This document shows positions 1 through 13,240 of a DNA stretch of 64,000 nucleotides, piece by piece (positions within the stretch are counted from its first letter, which is position 1; every line of letters starts with the position of its first letter). The stretch is from Octopus sinensis (lineage: Eukaryota): the NCBI RefSeq assembly GCF_006345805.1, contig NC_043016.1, forward strand, positions 620,001-684,000, written 5' to 3'. The notes under the pieces are model-generated. The model was not told the origin of the DNA. It ran no database searches and saw nothing but the letters and a program-made list of their open reading frames with translations. Position numbers and translations under genes: made by a program.

Positions 1-1104
1 CCATCTATTAGGTAGGTCGATTAAATCGGCGGGAGCAGGTGTTTTCCTAACAATTGATTTATTTCGATCGAAAGCTTTATCTTCACATCGGCCCAGTTTC
101 CCTTTTCAGCTTGTGGACTTCGAGAAAAATCCTTTTGGGCTCGCTGTCTGTTAAACTGGATATCTCCAGTCAGCAGACGTTGATTCTTAAAGGGAGGCTA
201 GGCACACCTAAATATGCAATTCAACGGTCGTGGTAATATTGGCTTATCATTCCATTAATATGGAATGCATGGCACGCCCTTTTGTCTTTCATTTCATTCG
301 TAAACCTTACTTTAACCGTGCTGAACATTCTACTTCATGCCATGTCACTTTTAACGCCACATATTGGCGTCAGCTATTTTTCTATTTGAACTTGAGTTAA
401 TCGATTCACATGACTGTTTTTCGTGCTTATGCATTTAAATATAATTTTATTGCCAAATCGACTCAGGTGCATGCAGATATACAGATCTTTCAATTTTTTT
501 CTCTATCAGTTTCCTCACTTATGTTATAATTTCATCCGACCGCTAGCTTATTTTAGAAGCACGTGTTAAGTTTGCAAATGACCCAGTTTTAGAAACGTTC
601 ACACATTTAACGGCGGCTAATCTAGTGTTGATGGTAGCAGCATCTTTAATACTGCTACAGAGCTGAGGCTTTGTCTGCTGGCATATAGTGCTTTCTTATC
701 GCCTTTCATTATTATTGTTTCTGTTTCCATCGCTGCCGTCTTTGTAGCTTATTGCCATAGTTAACTATTTCGTCAGTTGTTGTTGCCATCACAGCTAACT
801 TTTCTTGCAGCTTTGGTAGTGGTGATAACTTGGCTCTTACTAGTGCCACCCATTTTTTTTGTTACTCTTGTTGTTGCTGCAGTGTCGTAGCTACTGTTTT
901 AGTTGTTATTGTTGCCGTCATTACCACCAAATGTCGCATTGTTGTCGGTAGTTTGTTACGCTGTTAAAGGTGGTCATGTAGTGGTTGCGCTATGAACTTT
1001 CTTCCTGCTTCTGTCTCCTTTCACAAATCCCAACACCACGTGTTGAAATGCAAAAGAAAAAAAAAGAAAGAAAAGATGCAACTAGTTTCGATAAGAATAA
1101 CGAT

Positions 1105-1255
1105 CATCGCCTCGCATCCCCAAGATACCGGTGAGTTTAGGAGTTTAGTGATGCAGTAATACAGACCTCAGCGGAGTTTGAACTCAGATTGTAAAGACGG
1201 ACGGAACACTGTTACGCATTTCGCCAGTGTACTATACTGGTAGTTCGCCAACTTA
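1105..1255 (-). mobile_element. Degenerate tRNA-derived SINE, family B (head region)
   Basis: The plus strand reads ...gacctcagcggagtttgaactcagattgtaaagacggacgg..., the reverse complement of a B-box head (ctgagttcaaactccgc). It is homologous to the copies at 23945 and 47020. Confidence 0.55.
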
Positions 1256-1344
1256 ATAATAATAATGATAAATTGCTCAATATCACAGATTTGCTTGTCA
1301 GTTGTTTGACCTTAACCAGTTGAGCATTTCCCTTGGTGACTGAC

Positions 1345-1487
1345 GATATGTGCTTGCGAACCATATGGTTCCGGGTTCAGTCCCACAGTGTGGCAGCTTG
1401 GGCAAGTGTCTTATACAATAGCCTCGGACCGACCAAAGCCTCGTGAGTGGATTTGGAAGGCGGAAACTGAAAGAAGCCCATCGTATG

Positions 1488-1554
<67 letters not shown>

Positions 1555-1753
1555 TCTGTGTTTGTTCCACTGCCGCGCTTGTGATAACCGATGCTGGGTG
1601 TTTTACGTTCCCATAACTTAGCAGTTCGGCACAGGATACCGATAGAATAAGTACTAGTCTCACAAAGAATAAGTCCCGGGGTCGATTTGCCCGACTAAAG
1701 GCGGTACACCTGCATGGCCGCAGTGAAATGTCCGAAACAAATAAAAGAATAAA
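1345..1753 (+). mobile_element. tRNA-derived SINE, family A (CORE-like ttgggcaagtg block, internal (TA)n(TG)n tract)
   Basis: Head ggttccgggttcagtcccac, then gcagcttgggcaagtgtc, then gaaactgaaagaagccc, a microsatellite, and the tail gcatggccgcagt...gaaacaaataaaaga. It matches the copies at 5150, 8583, 12738, 14168 and 28262. Confidence 0.9.
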
Positions 1754-1789
1754 CGAATATTGACAATGAATGGAGTGCCTGACCAGTGA

Positions 1790-3300
1790 AACGCGCCTTC
1801 TAGATAAAGGGAAAGAGTAGGCGCTCCTGTTTGGCCACATGTGGACTGAGACAAGGTACGACAATCAGGCGGTATAATATAACGGAGGTGATGCATGCAT
1901 TCGCCACCTTTGCTCAGACTTTCAAGGATCGTTCTCTTTCGGCCCATTTCTGGGTGATATCGGCCATTCAGTTTGTCACCCTTCCCAGCTCTTCTCCGTT
2001 TGGAGATCTGAACGAAACTAGAAACTGAGAAGTTTAACCAGTCCCTCGTCCAGCGTCCCACAACATTATCTGTCTCTGTATGTTCAAGGCTGCAGTCCTA
2101 CTGACTTTACTTGGTTACAGTGTGGTCCTCACATCGATTTATATTCTTTTTGAACAGTGCTGATTAGGTCTATAAGCTCGACAGTATGATGGTGACGTCA
2201 TTTACATATGTCCGATACGGTCCTCTGATGTCCTAGTTTCAGCCGGATGTCCCACTGCACCCTCAATTTCTATAGTAGTGGTTCTAGAGTCTGTATATAC
2301 AGAGAAGACGAGAGGGGGCAACCTTGACGGACCGAGTGCATGATATTGAATGGTTCCGATTGATAACCATTAACCTGAAATGCCGATCAGATGTCGCTGT
2401 GCATTTCAGCAATCCAACCACGGATGACGATTCCGAAACCGGCCGCCGTGAGAACGGCTTCCATATATTGATGGCCAATCATATGGAAGGTATTTAATTT
2501 ATCGAAATTGATCAAGGCCCCACTAATGCTAGGTTCTTTAACCACGCTCTGTATGATGTATCACATGAGGTTCAAGTCGTTGTGAATAGATCTGCTTGGG
2601 ATAGTGCATATTTTTCGTCTATCTTTCGACCACAAGCACCAACCCCTTCGGTAACACTTTGGTAAAAAAAAAATTAAACTGTTTTTGCAGTTATGTACCT
2701 AAAATTTTTTTATCTGGTCCTCCTCGTTCGGGTTCTTTCTTAGCAGTGTCACTGCTCCTCGATTCACAGAACAATAAACGACCCCGTTCTGCAATAGATA
2801 TTTGCTAAGCGGCCTCCAAATAACCCTGGTAAAGCTTGTACGGCAGACTGGTGAGCAGGGCGAATTGACCCATCACCATCATGCAGCCGATCATCGTTTC
2901 TCGTTGTTTCTGTAGCTGTTACTGGTAACTCGCAATGCTTCACCTCTCTTGCTGAGAGTTGCAGCAGGCTGTCGAGATGGAGGCTGAATCCCAAACTGTG
3001 TTCTAGTTCACCATTTATCCTAAACAGTCGAGCAAAGCGTCGTATACGCTCGTTAGGCATCGAGTAAAATGCGTCCAGTATGGTCACCCAAAGACAAAAT
3101 TGTGACTTCCTTGTCATGTTATGGCTCTGCCACTTGAGTCCATCGAGCAGCGTTCTTTCCATTGCGCTTTGTTTTTCTCAGTTTGTGCACTTGGAGAATT
3201 CTTGTTTTATCTTCCATGCAACAAGCATAGAGATTACTTCTGGTGGTATTTTTGCAACTTTACCTTCAATACACTCTGGCGGAAGCATATCGGAATTAAT
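1790..3300 (-). mobile_element. Tx1/L1-clade non-LTR retrotransposon ORF2 relic (reverse transcriptase region), with stops and frameshifts
   Basis: Minus-strand translation pieces include FARLFRINGELE..LSAREVKHCELPVTATE, GHQYMEAVLTAAGFGIVIRGWI, VNGYQSEPFNIMHSVRQGCPLS and ITQKWAERERSLK.AKVANACITSVILYRLIVVPC. Confidence 0.85.
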
Positions 3301-4149
3301 TGTAATTCTTCGCCTTTTATTACAATTTTATTGTGGTTGGATTTTCCTTGGCTCCTTCACTTGAGAAGAGTGAAATAGGTTTTTATTCCGTAAATCGATC
3401 TGCGGCATTACTCAATCTAGACTGCATCACTCGCTCGACTCACCTTGTTGTTAATGACTTGCACTTGTAGATAATTGTATTTCTTCTTTGTCACTTCATG
3501 TATTTCTTTCGGTGTGTTCACAAAAATAATTCTACCATTCTTTGGTATGTGAGATTCATCACTAAATGTCTTATCCAACATGTTAACTTTCTCCATTCGA
3601 CAACAAGCTTGTGCAAGCCGTTTCCAATTTGTTTTGAAGTTAAAACGATCCGGAGACTGTTTCCATTCTGTTAATTTCTGAGCTGGTTGTGGCGGTGGCA
3701 ATGCTGGCAATGAGCCGAATATCCTGAGCCACTTAGCCACGTGCCTTCAACCACGATAATATAACACATTGATTAAAACAAGTCGAAAATTACAGCGAAA
3801 ATTGTTGCCATAAGGAAGACAAGTACACAACAGTAATTTTTAAAATTACAAAAATGAGAAACAACAGAACCAGATCTTGTCCATGGTTCCTGGTTGAAAT
3901 GGTTTGCAAGTCTCTGTGAAAATTAACAATACATATATTCAATAAGGAAGTCCGCTGTGACTAATAAAAGAAAGAACCTGCATAAGACAAATTGTAAGGA
4001 AACGTGCCTCAAATTATCAATTAATTACGCGTGCATCAATTACGTAGGAGCTCCTAATTGGAATAAACTTTGAGACATATTTATCAAAACCTACACGAGA
4101 AATACCTAATATATGAGGAACGGAAAATCTGTCAAAAAAAGAAGAGAGG

Positions 4150-4410
4150 AACAGAAGAGTAGTTATTGATTAAACAGGTGACCTTGGGAACTTACAGGGA
4201 AGATCTGAAAATTTATGCGTGACGTGGATCAAATATAGAAAAGCGTACGACCTAATTCTACTCCTACGGAGCGAGCGTTGCCTAGAACTCTCCAAGATCT
4301 CTAAAAAGGTTAGGTGTCTGTTAGCTTCCAAAATCCAATTTGAGCGCTGCAAACTTCTTTTATGCAATCAGCTTGTGGGCATTTATATTTAGTAAGTCAT
4401 GGAGTAGGTA
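4150..4410 (+). mobile_element. R4/Dong-type LINE reverse transcriptase fragment
   Basis: Translation NLCVTWIKYRKAYDLI...CLELSKISKKVRCLL resembles the NLSMAWIDYKKAFDSVPHSW block seen intact at about 31850. Confidence 0.6.
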
Positions 4411-4439
4411 TTATTGATTAAAAAGAAGACAAACTAGAA

Positions 4440-4464
4440 GCATACGCACGACCATATATATGTA

Positions 4465-4543
<79 letters not shown>

Positions 4544-4730
4544 ATACATACATACATGTATGTACAAGCATACGCACGTACATACATGTATATACGTACA
4601 TGTATGTATGTACAAGCATACACACACATACACACATACATATATATACATACATACACATACACACATACATACATACATACATACATACATACTCACG
4701 TAACGGCTATACACACACATACGCACATAG
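4440..4730. repeat. Compound (TA)n/(TACA)n/(CA)n microsatellite
   Basis: Directly visible; it generates the YI/MYV/HT ORF artefacts. Confidence 0.95.
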
Positions 4731-5149
4731 TTAAATAGTCCCTTTGCTGTTTGTGGTACTACTTCTATTGTTTAAAACGCTCATTGATTTGTTCCACTTC
4801 ATTACTTTTACTTTTGTTCTTCTTGTCTTTGTTATATAGTTTCTAATTAGGGCTGAAACTTAAAGCAATCTAGCCATAACCATCATATCTTTATTTCCAG
4901 ATATATATTTTTATATCAATTTCCGCGATTCTCTCTGTATTGTTTTAGGCGCTAGTGTGTACTCTAAGGGATATTCGGCTGCTATTTCTAGCAGCTCAAG
5001 AGGTTTCCCCCACAACCTTACAGTGTTTCAGCCACGTGACAACAATATCTCATGCAAGCAAGGAAGATCCCACTAAGTTGATTATAGAATAGTCTTAATT
5101 AGACATAGATCAAAAATGTGTACGGCTGAAATTTAAGTTCCATTAATCT

Positions 5150-5490
5150 CTTCTACTCTTTTACACATTTCAGTCAATTGACTGAGGCCATGCTAGAGCA
5201 CTGCCTTTAGTCGAAGAAATCGATCCCAGGACTTATCTTTTGTAAGCCTATTACTTATTCTATCGGCATCTTTTTGTAGAACCGCTAAGTTTCGGGGACA
5301 TAATCATCGGTTGTCAAGCGATGGAGGTGAGGGAGACAAATATAGACACAAAGACACACACACTCATAAATACACACACACGTACCACACACACACAAGC
5401 ACACACATATATACTCACATACATATGATGTGCTTCTTTCAGTTTCCGCCTACCAAATCTAATCACAAGGCTTTGGTCGGCCTTAGGCTT
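5150..5490 (-). mobile_element. SINE family A, 5'-truncated
   Basis: ttcagtcaattgactgaggccatgctagagcactgcc through caaggctttggtcggcc matches the reverse strand of family A. Confidence 0.85.
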
Positions 5491-5539
5491 TAGCGTTATT
5501 TTCTTTTCTTCAATTTGGCGCTGTTGCATGGTAAGAAGC

Positions 5540-6068
5540 TTCGGCCCAACAAAAGCTTTGTCAGTAGAAGGAAACTGAAGGAAGCCCGTCCTATTTATAT
5601 ACATACGTACTTATAATCATCTCAGGAATACGGACTATGATCTCAAGAGACATGCCTTTTGTGGAAACGCGCGTAGCGATGCATTAAATGGTTATAAATT
5701 CAATCCAAGAATTATTGTTACTGTTATTATATTTATCCTACATTATATCGGCACAGCTCGATGCAACCCTGAACAACTGATTTTCTATTCATCATCATTA
5801 GACTATGTGTGTGTGTGTGTTGTGTGTATGTGTGTGTGTGTGTGTGTATGTATTTTTGCGACTATGTTTGTCCTCCACCACCGCTCGACAATCGTTGTTG
5901 GTTTGTTTACTTACCCAAGACTTAGCAGTTCGGTAAAAGAATCGACAGAATATGTACCAGGCTTAAAAGAAAATTACTGACGTCGATGCATTCGACTACT
6001 AATTCTTTAAGGTAGCCAGCATAGCAGCAGTCAGATGACTGAAACAAATACAAAATATAAAGATAAAG
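5540..6068 (+). mobile_element. Diverged, interrupted SINE family A pieces
   Basis: ggaaactgaaggaagcccgtc at about 5570, followed by (TG)n, cttagcagttcggtaaaaga and the tail cagcatagcagcagtcagatgactgaaacaaat. Confidence 0.6.
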
Positions 6069-6819
6069 ATTACGAAATATAAAAGTAGACCCTTATAAGA
6101 TTCGAACGGTGACAGAATGCGTGAACATCATACTACAACATATCTAATATGTTGCATCTAATACTGGTTTAAACTGCCTCAAAAATCTCCACTACTTTTA
6201 CAGATAGTACTACACATCGAATGAATAGCTGAGATACTACTGCTGAAACTGTTAACACAGCAGCTGAAAATTAAGATGCTATTCATATTATTTCTAAATA
6301 TATAAACGTATTGCAAGAAACAGCAAAGGTTAAACATTTAACAACATTATGTCTTAATAAATCTATATTTCAGAATAGTCATTCTCAATAAATGATTGCA
6401 GCTTTTGTAGCTTTTCAACATTTGTATTTTATTCACCTCATAGCAAAGTGGCTCGTCATAGCTACTTCCATATGTTATCAAATAAATAAATGAAAGAAAT
6501 ACATATATATAAATATATAATACACAAACATATAGATAAAATAAAATAAAGTTATATAATTAGATATTATCCCATACTATATTGATAGGATCATAATTTC
6601 ATTGCGATTACTTGAATGAAAAAAAAATTAAATATTACAAATTAAGACAGCTATTGATTATGTCGAGGGTGAAGATAGAAGTCAGTAATGTTGCTAAGTT
6701 ACTAAATTTTTATCTTTCTTTTCAAACAGCAGACATTTTGTAAACATTCGACTTTCTATTTATATATATTTCAGTCTTTGATAAAATATATGGATCTCAG
6801 TTAAATTTTCGGACGACAT

Positions 6820-7130
6820 ACATAAATACATATACATGCATCCATGCATATATACATACATACACACATACATACATACATACATACATATATACATACA
6901 TACATACATACATACATACATACATACATACATACATACATACATACATACATACGTACGTACGTACGTACGTAGTATGTCTGTATGCATGTATATATAT
7001 ATATATATGTGTGTGTGTATGTGCGTATGTATATATATATGTATATGTATATATGTGTGTGTATGTGCGTGTGTGTATATATATATATATATACATACAT
7101 ACAAACGTACATGCATATATACATACATTT
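6820..7130. repeat. Compound (TACA)n/(TACG)n/(TA)n/(TG)n microsatellite
   Basis: Directly visible. Confidence 0.95.
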
Positions 7131-7199
7131 CTCAGACAGCACCTGCTAAACAGCAGAAGTAAAAATAAATACATAAACAGTGTAGAAAATCGAAGAGAA

Positions 7200-8130
7200 C
7201 AACATCCTGTGTGTCAGTAGTAAGCTCTTCAGGAAGCACTCTTTTTCTCCTATACAACCCCAAAACAGCTGGACTTGCATATGCGAAAGAAGATCTTGCT
7301 GAGAAATGCTTAGCATACCGGGGATGAGAAAAAAAAAAAGAAGACTATGTATGGGTATATTTTGAAAGACTTGAAGAAGACATTAGCATCAACATGAAGT
7401 GCAGTCTCTCTTGGACTCTTGACCATTAAATCACACTTCGAATCTATGCACTTGCAATCCAAGAATAGGAAATTGCCCATAAATACCCAATAAAGAAAAG
7501 GGACAGTAAAGTCCTTGGGCTTCTAAGATGCAACTGAAAATGTAGATCGTGCCATATTTCTGTGGAAGACATTGCGCATGTGATCAGCAACTGCTCCATG
7601 ATATCATGAAGGCACTACCTCTCTATGCGACACGACACTGCGGTAAAAACTGTGTAAAATTCCATTTGGAAAAAAAAAATTGTTGTAGAATAAATATAGA
7701 GAACCCTCCGCTGTTATTTAATACATACGCAAAAATCAATGCAAGGGTTATTAGGTAAATATTCCCATCAAAATTGATGTCAAATTGTAGATATAACAGG
7801 CCGGATGCTGTTTGGATCTCACAAGAAAAAGTACGTACCGATATAGATATCATGATGTGAATATTTCTTTGAAAATCAAAAGAAAAGAGAATAACTATTA
7901 ATAACTGCTCCGAAATCGCCGGCCCCAATACATAGATTATAAATTCACGTTTATAGCAACAATAATAATAATGATAGGTGCAATTGGTTTTATAATAAAA
8001 TGCCTAAGTTACAATCTGGATAAGCTTATGTTTTTAGAAACAAAAACCAGCCGGAAACGAATACGTTACACATACAATCTGTAAGCTTCACGGTAAAATT
8101 ATGTGTGCCTTTTCTCGAGTTTAAAATGTG
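7200..8130 (+). mobile_element. R4/Dong-type LINE C-terminal relic (zinc finger plus restriction-like endonuclease)
   Basis: Frameshifted pieces include CRSCHISVEDIAHVISNC, LRHD, IPIKIDVK.RYNRPDA and DVNISLKIK.KENNY...IGAIG. The order CCHC, RHD, PD matches R4-clade ORF ends. Confidence 0.75.
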
Positions 8131-8146
8131 AATTTGTTTTTTATTA

Positions 8147-8793
8147 TCTAGATGCATTCCAGAAATTTTGAAACTTTTTCAAGAGATATTAATTTCAAAG
8201 AAGTACAAAACTATATCGTCTTTCAAAGTAGGATCGTCCGACTTCAATGCACTTGTTATGGAGGTCCAGCCACTTTGTTAAGGCCCCTTGTCATTTCACC
8301 GAAGTGAAGGTGTCCCGGACACCTTTCACAACCTACTTCATCTTCTCAATGTCTTCAACACAACTGCCTCCGAGGTTCTCCTTTAGCTTGGGGAACAACC
8401 TAAGGTCACAGTGAGCAATGGCTGGACTGTACGGACAGTGAGGGATATATTTGATGGCCACCACTATCATATAGTTGGTTACCAGGATGGGAACGAGAAC
8501 AAACTTTGCACAAATTTTGCGCATGTTCAGAACTTTATGAATAATTCTGTGCTCAGTTGTCAAACCAGCTCCAAACTGCAAACTCTCTTTTTACTCTTTT
8601 ACTTGTTTCAGTCATTTTGACTGCGGCCATGCTGAAGCACCGCCTTTTAGTCGAGGAAATCGACCCCAGGGCTTAGTCTTTGGAAGCCTAGTACTTATTC
8701 TATCGGTCTATTTTGCCGAACCGATAAGTTACGGGGACGTAAACACACCAGCATCGGTTGTCAAGCAATGTTGGGGGTACAAACACAGATACA

Positions 8794-8849
<56 letters not shown>

Positions 8850-9441
8850 CGACGGGCTTCTTTCAGCTTCCGTCTACCAAATCCACTCAGAAGGCTTTGG
8901 TCGGCCCGAGGCTATAGTAGCAGACACTTGCCCAAGGTGCCACGCAGTGGGACTGAACCCGGAAGCATGTGGTTCGTAAGCAAGCTACTTACCACACAGC
9001 CACTTGTATACCTGTTTATGACAGTTTTCATGCAGAGAACTGAAAATTTTCTCAGTCAACTCGGATGTTTGGGGGTGAAGAAAGACATTGGGACATCCAA
9101 TTGTGACTCCTCTCTACCGGACTTGAACCTCTTGTGCCAGCGAAATAGTCGATTAATAAGACGTCTGGGGTATTTCATAAGTTTCTGTGTCGTTTTGCAC
9201 ATTTCAACACAAAAATTTATTGCATAGCGGGCTTCCAAATTTTCTACACGTCCCGACTGCTTTCGGCAAGCTATATAGCTGTGAGAAGCAGTATTCAGGA
9301 GGGAGTGTTCAAATTGCTATCGCTTCCAATCTGGAATTAGAAAAAAATTGTCATGTCAGATTATTAGAATGACTTAGTAAAATTACAATAATCCTGAAGA
9401 TTTCCTAAAAATGTCTGATAACTTCTGGAATGTACGAAGTA
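8147..9441 (-). mobile_element. Mariner (Tc1/mariner) DNA transposon relic interrupted by a SINE
   Basis: The N-terminal piece ARYAINFCV...LFRWHKRFKSGREE lies at 9056-9238. HRIIHKVLNMRKICAKFV and HCPYSPAIAHCDLRLFPKLKENL lie at 8333-8560. Degenerate inverted termini share cattccagaa at about 8155 and (reverse complement) about 9423-9432. Confidence 0.8.
8583..9013 (-). mobile_element. Near full-length SINE family A
   Basis: The reverse complement begins gtggctgtgtggtaagtagcttgcttacgaaccacatgcttccgggttcagtcccactgcgtggcaccttgggcaagtg (A/B-box tRNA head) and ends in an aagtaaaagagtaaaaaga tail. Confidence 0.95.
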
Positions 9442-9640
9442 CGTTCCAACAACAAATTTTTGTCTGTGTTAGAAACCAGCTTCTTCCTCAGATGAAGAAT
9501 TCAAAGAATTAGAGAACATAAATATAAATGCATACATATAAATACACAAACATAAATACATATATGAATACACACACACAGACATACACATACACACGCA
9601 CGTACACATATTTATATACGTATACACGCATAAATATATA

Positions 9641-10526
9641 CGAGGTGGTAGCAAAATGTTTTGTTGTACGCCAACATAAAGCATCACACGGATGCGTGCG
9701 CAGTGATAGCGAGCAGTGATCTTCAAGAGGCAGTGTGCCTGGTGTCAACGCAGTGTTTACTTCACAAATTTTGTTTTTCTGATCACATATTTGTTTTAGC
9801 CTGCGATTTTTTTGTCATGGACAAGAAGTTGGAGTAAAGAGACAATTTGAAATTTTGAAAGGTGTTAAACTAGGGAAGTCTGCTATTGAGACATTGAGCG
9901 TGCTTCAGCAAGCTTACGAAGGCGAAGCAATGAGTCGGACGCCATGTTTCGAGTGGCACGATCGCTTCACAGGCGGAAAACGATGAGCAATCTGTAAGAA
10001 CTGCAAAGAGCGTCAACCCCGAAAATGTGGTATTGTTCATCGAGAATTCGACCCCCAGGGCCGGACCATCAATTGAGAGTACTGCTGAGACGTTTTGATG
10101 CATTTGACAGACGACATTCGGCGAAAGCGATCGGATTTGTGGAGCGCAATGAATTGGTTTCTTTATGACGACAATGTGCCCTGACACCGAGCTCTCCTCG
10201 CTCGTGTGTTCCTCGCCAAGAACAACAACATGATATCGCTTCCGCATCCACCTTATTCGCCAGATTGAGCACCAACGGACCTCCTCTTTATCAAGATGAA
10301 AATGCCGCCCAAAGGGCACTGAATTAACACCGTTATCAAGATCCTGAACGAATCGCAGAAGATTTTCCATACGCGTACGGGATACAACTTCCAGCCCGGA
10401 TTCCAGAACTGGAAGAAACGCTGGAAACGTTGTATGGCCGCGCAAGGTGACTCTTTCGAAGATGATGGTAAAAGTTAGGCAAATAATTAAACATAACGAG
10501 TCCCGGAACTTTTTGATACCTCCACG
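9641..10526 (+). mobile_element. Internally deleted mariner element
   Basis: TIR-like ends: TA|cgaggtggtagcaaaatgtt and aactttttgatacctccacg. Translated pieces include VKLGKSAIETLSVLQQAYEGEAMSRTPCFEWHDRF, DDNVP, HPPYSPD and FQNWKKRWKRC..QGDSFE. Confidence 0.9.
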
Positions 10527-10849
10527 AAAATATACTTACATATACGTACATACATACATACATACATGCATGCAAATATACATGCATACACACTTGTGTG
10601 TATGCATATACACATATACATACAAGCATGCATACGTACATACATACGTAGATTCAAACATGCACACAAACATACGCAAACACATATATACAAATATAAA
10701 CATGCGTACATGTACACTTACATACACATACATGCACACATACATACATTCACACACATACTTACATACGTACATATATATACATACCCGCAGTTAAAAA
10801 CTACATACATACACTGATACATAAATATATACACATATACATGCATATT

Positions 10850-11070
10850 GAGAAATCTACTGCTACTCTATCCAGATTACAAGGTCAGGTTTATACCTGT
10901 AATTATCGAGGCTCTGGGATATGTAATACACTGCCTAAATGATATTCTTGAGAAATTAGACTTCTGAAAACCAGAAAGGAGAAAAGTTGATACGAAGACT
11001 ACAGAACCAAGCCATCATTGGAACTGTAAAAATCTGTAAAACTTTCCAGAAGTTTATCATTTAAATATAT
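10850..11070 (+). mobile_element. R4/Dong-type LINE 3' end (same subfamily as 7200-8130)
   Basis: RNLLLLYPDYKVRFIPVIIEALGY...LQNQAIIGTVKICKTFQKFII* (one frameshift). Confidence 0.7.
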
Positions 11071-11140
11071 ATAAGCATGACTAGGTATACGGCTGTGTAT
11101 ACATGCATATATACATACACGCATAAATACATACATATGT

Positions 11141-11177
<37 letters not shown>

Positions 11178-11566
11178 ATCAATAATAATAAAGGGGAAAA
11201 TTAATTTATTAATAATTAATAATTTTACCAAGTAGTTTGGCATGTTAAAAGAACCATTATCGGTAAACTTATACAAAAATCCTATAATTATGAGTATAAT
11301 TATAATTAGGTTTCAGCAAAACGTTGCTTCACCACATACCGAAATTTAGAAATAGCAGTCACTAACCATAAGAAAATCTCCTAGATCAAAGCCGGGTGGA
11401 TTCGCTATTTTTTCTGTATCTGTATACCTGCGTGCGTGAGTGTTCAGTATTGCTTTCTTATGGTAGTGAAATAGTAGTTTTTGACTGCTATTTCTAAATT
11501 TCGGTATGTGGTGAAGCAAATTTTGCTGAACCCTAATTATAATTATACTCATAATCATATGATTTT

Positions 11567-11569
<3 letters not shown>

Positions 11570-11616
<47 letters not shown>

Positions 11617-11870
11617 TATAATATATATATATATATATAATATATTATATATATATATATACTATATATATACATATATATAGCATGTCTAGGCATGCAA
11701 CTATATACATATATAGATACACACATAAAACATATATATATGCACTCATATATAATATATACAGGCATGCATACATACATACATACATACATACATACAT
11801 ACATACATACATACATACATGCATACTCACATACATACATACATACATACATACATACATACACACACAC
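11570..11870. repeat. (TA)n/(CATA)n microsatellite block
   Basis: Directly visible. Confidence 0.95.
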
Positions 11871-12110
11871 AAAATAATAATAATAGGAGGTGCAGGCTCT
11901 ACTCAGTTCAGAAAAGGAATATATTAAAGAATTCTCTCCACCCGCGTACCGCACCCTTTACAGTAAGAATAAGATTTTGCAATGTGCTCTAATGAAAGCT
12001 AAATACTCCTACTATGCTGGCCCGTCGAACTTTCGATATAAGTATTGAAACAGTTCCAGTGGCTTTTATTTCTTCACAGTGAAATATGAGAAATTAATAC
12101 GGCTTGTATA

Positions 12111-12300
12111 TCTTAATATATAAGACAGAGTTTGTGTGTATGTATGTGCGCACGTATATTGCTTATAGATTCGAAAACTTACTTGCCGATTTTGACGAAT
12201 GAGGCATCAAAAGATTCAGTAAAGTTTCGGCTACCAAATAAACTTTATTTTCATATACATATTTACATTACAAAAATTTAACATTATAACCTTTTTAGAA
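12111..12300 (+). mobile_element. 5' end of a non-autonomous Helitron-like element
   Basis: A|TCttaatatataagacagagtttgtgtgtatgtatgtg...gccgattttgacgaat has the same 5' layout as the complete element at 57173. No 3' hairpin-CTAG end was found. Confidence 0.4.
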
Positions 12301-12737
12301 TATCTGTGAGCGAGAAAAACACAATGAGAAAAACAGAGAGAAGAGAGAAAGGAACAGAGAGAGCAAACAACTTTCTATAAAAGATAGAGGGATAGCGGGA
12401 GAGGGAGACAGAGGGAGAGAGAGACGCTGATGTATCATACTGCATGTATGTTCCATAGGTGAAGGTGAAAGCCGACACAAAGAAAACGGGAGAGGAGACG
12501 CTGATGAGCTCGGAAACGAGGTCAGGTCGCACAATTTTGAGGTCATGTTTGGGTAATATTTCAATTCATGTTAATATTTAACTTTCGTCCAATGTTTCAC
12601 GCATGTGCAGAATTTGGCATTGTCTCTGTGGTTCAGTTTCTTATTATAATGTATGGAGAATAACATATTACAACTTCACCAACTTCATTTTTTTTACACA
12701 CTTTGCTATTAATTATCTATATAATTGATAGCAAAGT

Positions 12738-12926
12738 TTACTTGTTTCAGTCATTTGACTGTAGTCGTGCTGGAGCAATGCCTTTAGTCGAGCAAATCAA
12801 CTCCAGGACTTATTCTTTGTAAGCCTAGTACTTATTCTATCAGTAGCTTTTGCGGAACCGTAAAGTCACAGGGACGTAAGGACACCAGCATCGGTTATCA
12901 AGCGATGTTGGAGCACAGACACAAAT

Positions 12927-12973
<47 letters not shown>

Positions 12974-13121
12974 CGACGGGCTTCTTTCAGTTTCCACTCA
13001 CGAGGCTTTGGTCGGCCCGAGGCTATAGTAGACACTTTCCCAAGGTGCCACGCAGTGGGACTGAACCCGGAACCCTGTGGTTGATAAGCAAGCTACTAAT
13101 CACACAGCTACTCCTACGTCT
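12738..13121 (-). mobile_element. Near full-length SINE family A
   Basis: High similarity to 8583-9013 across the tail, internal (CA)n(TA)n tract and tRNA head. Confidence 0.9.
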
Positions 13122-13240
13122 TCTTGAGATTATACAACTAGCTACTTTTCTTGTTGCAAATCAGTGAACGATGGTCGCTTTATTTACAATATATTGCTAG
13201 TTGGAGCGGACTCTAGCCTTTTCTCTGGCGATCAGGTGTC

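Noticed and set aside
54-236. 60-aa ORF and possible minus-strand exon at the window start
   Set aside because: No recognisable domain in any frame, and no open frame follows the candidate acceptor.
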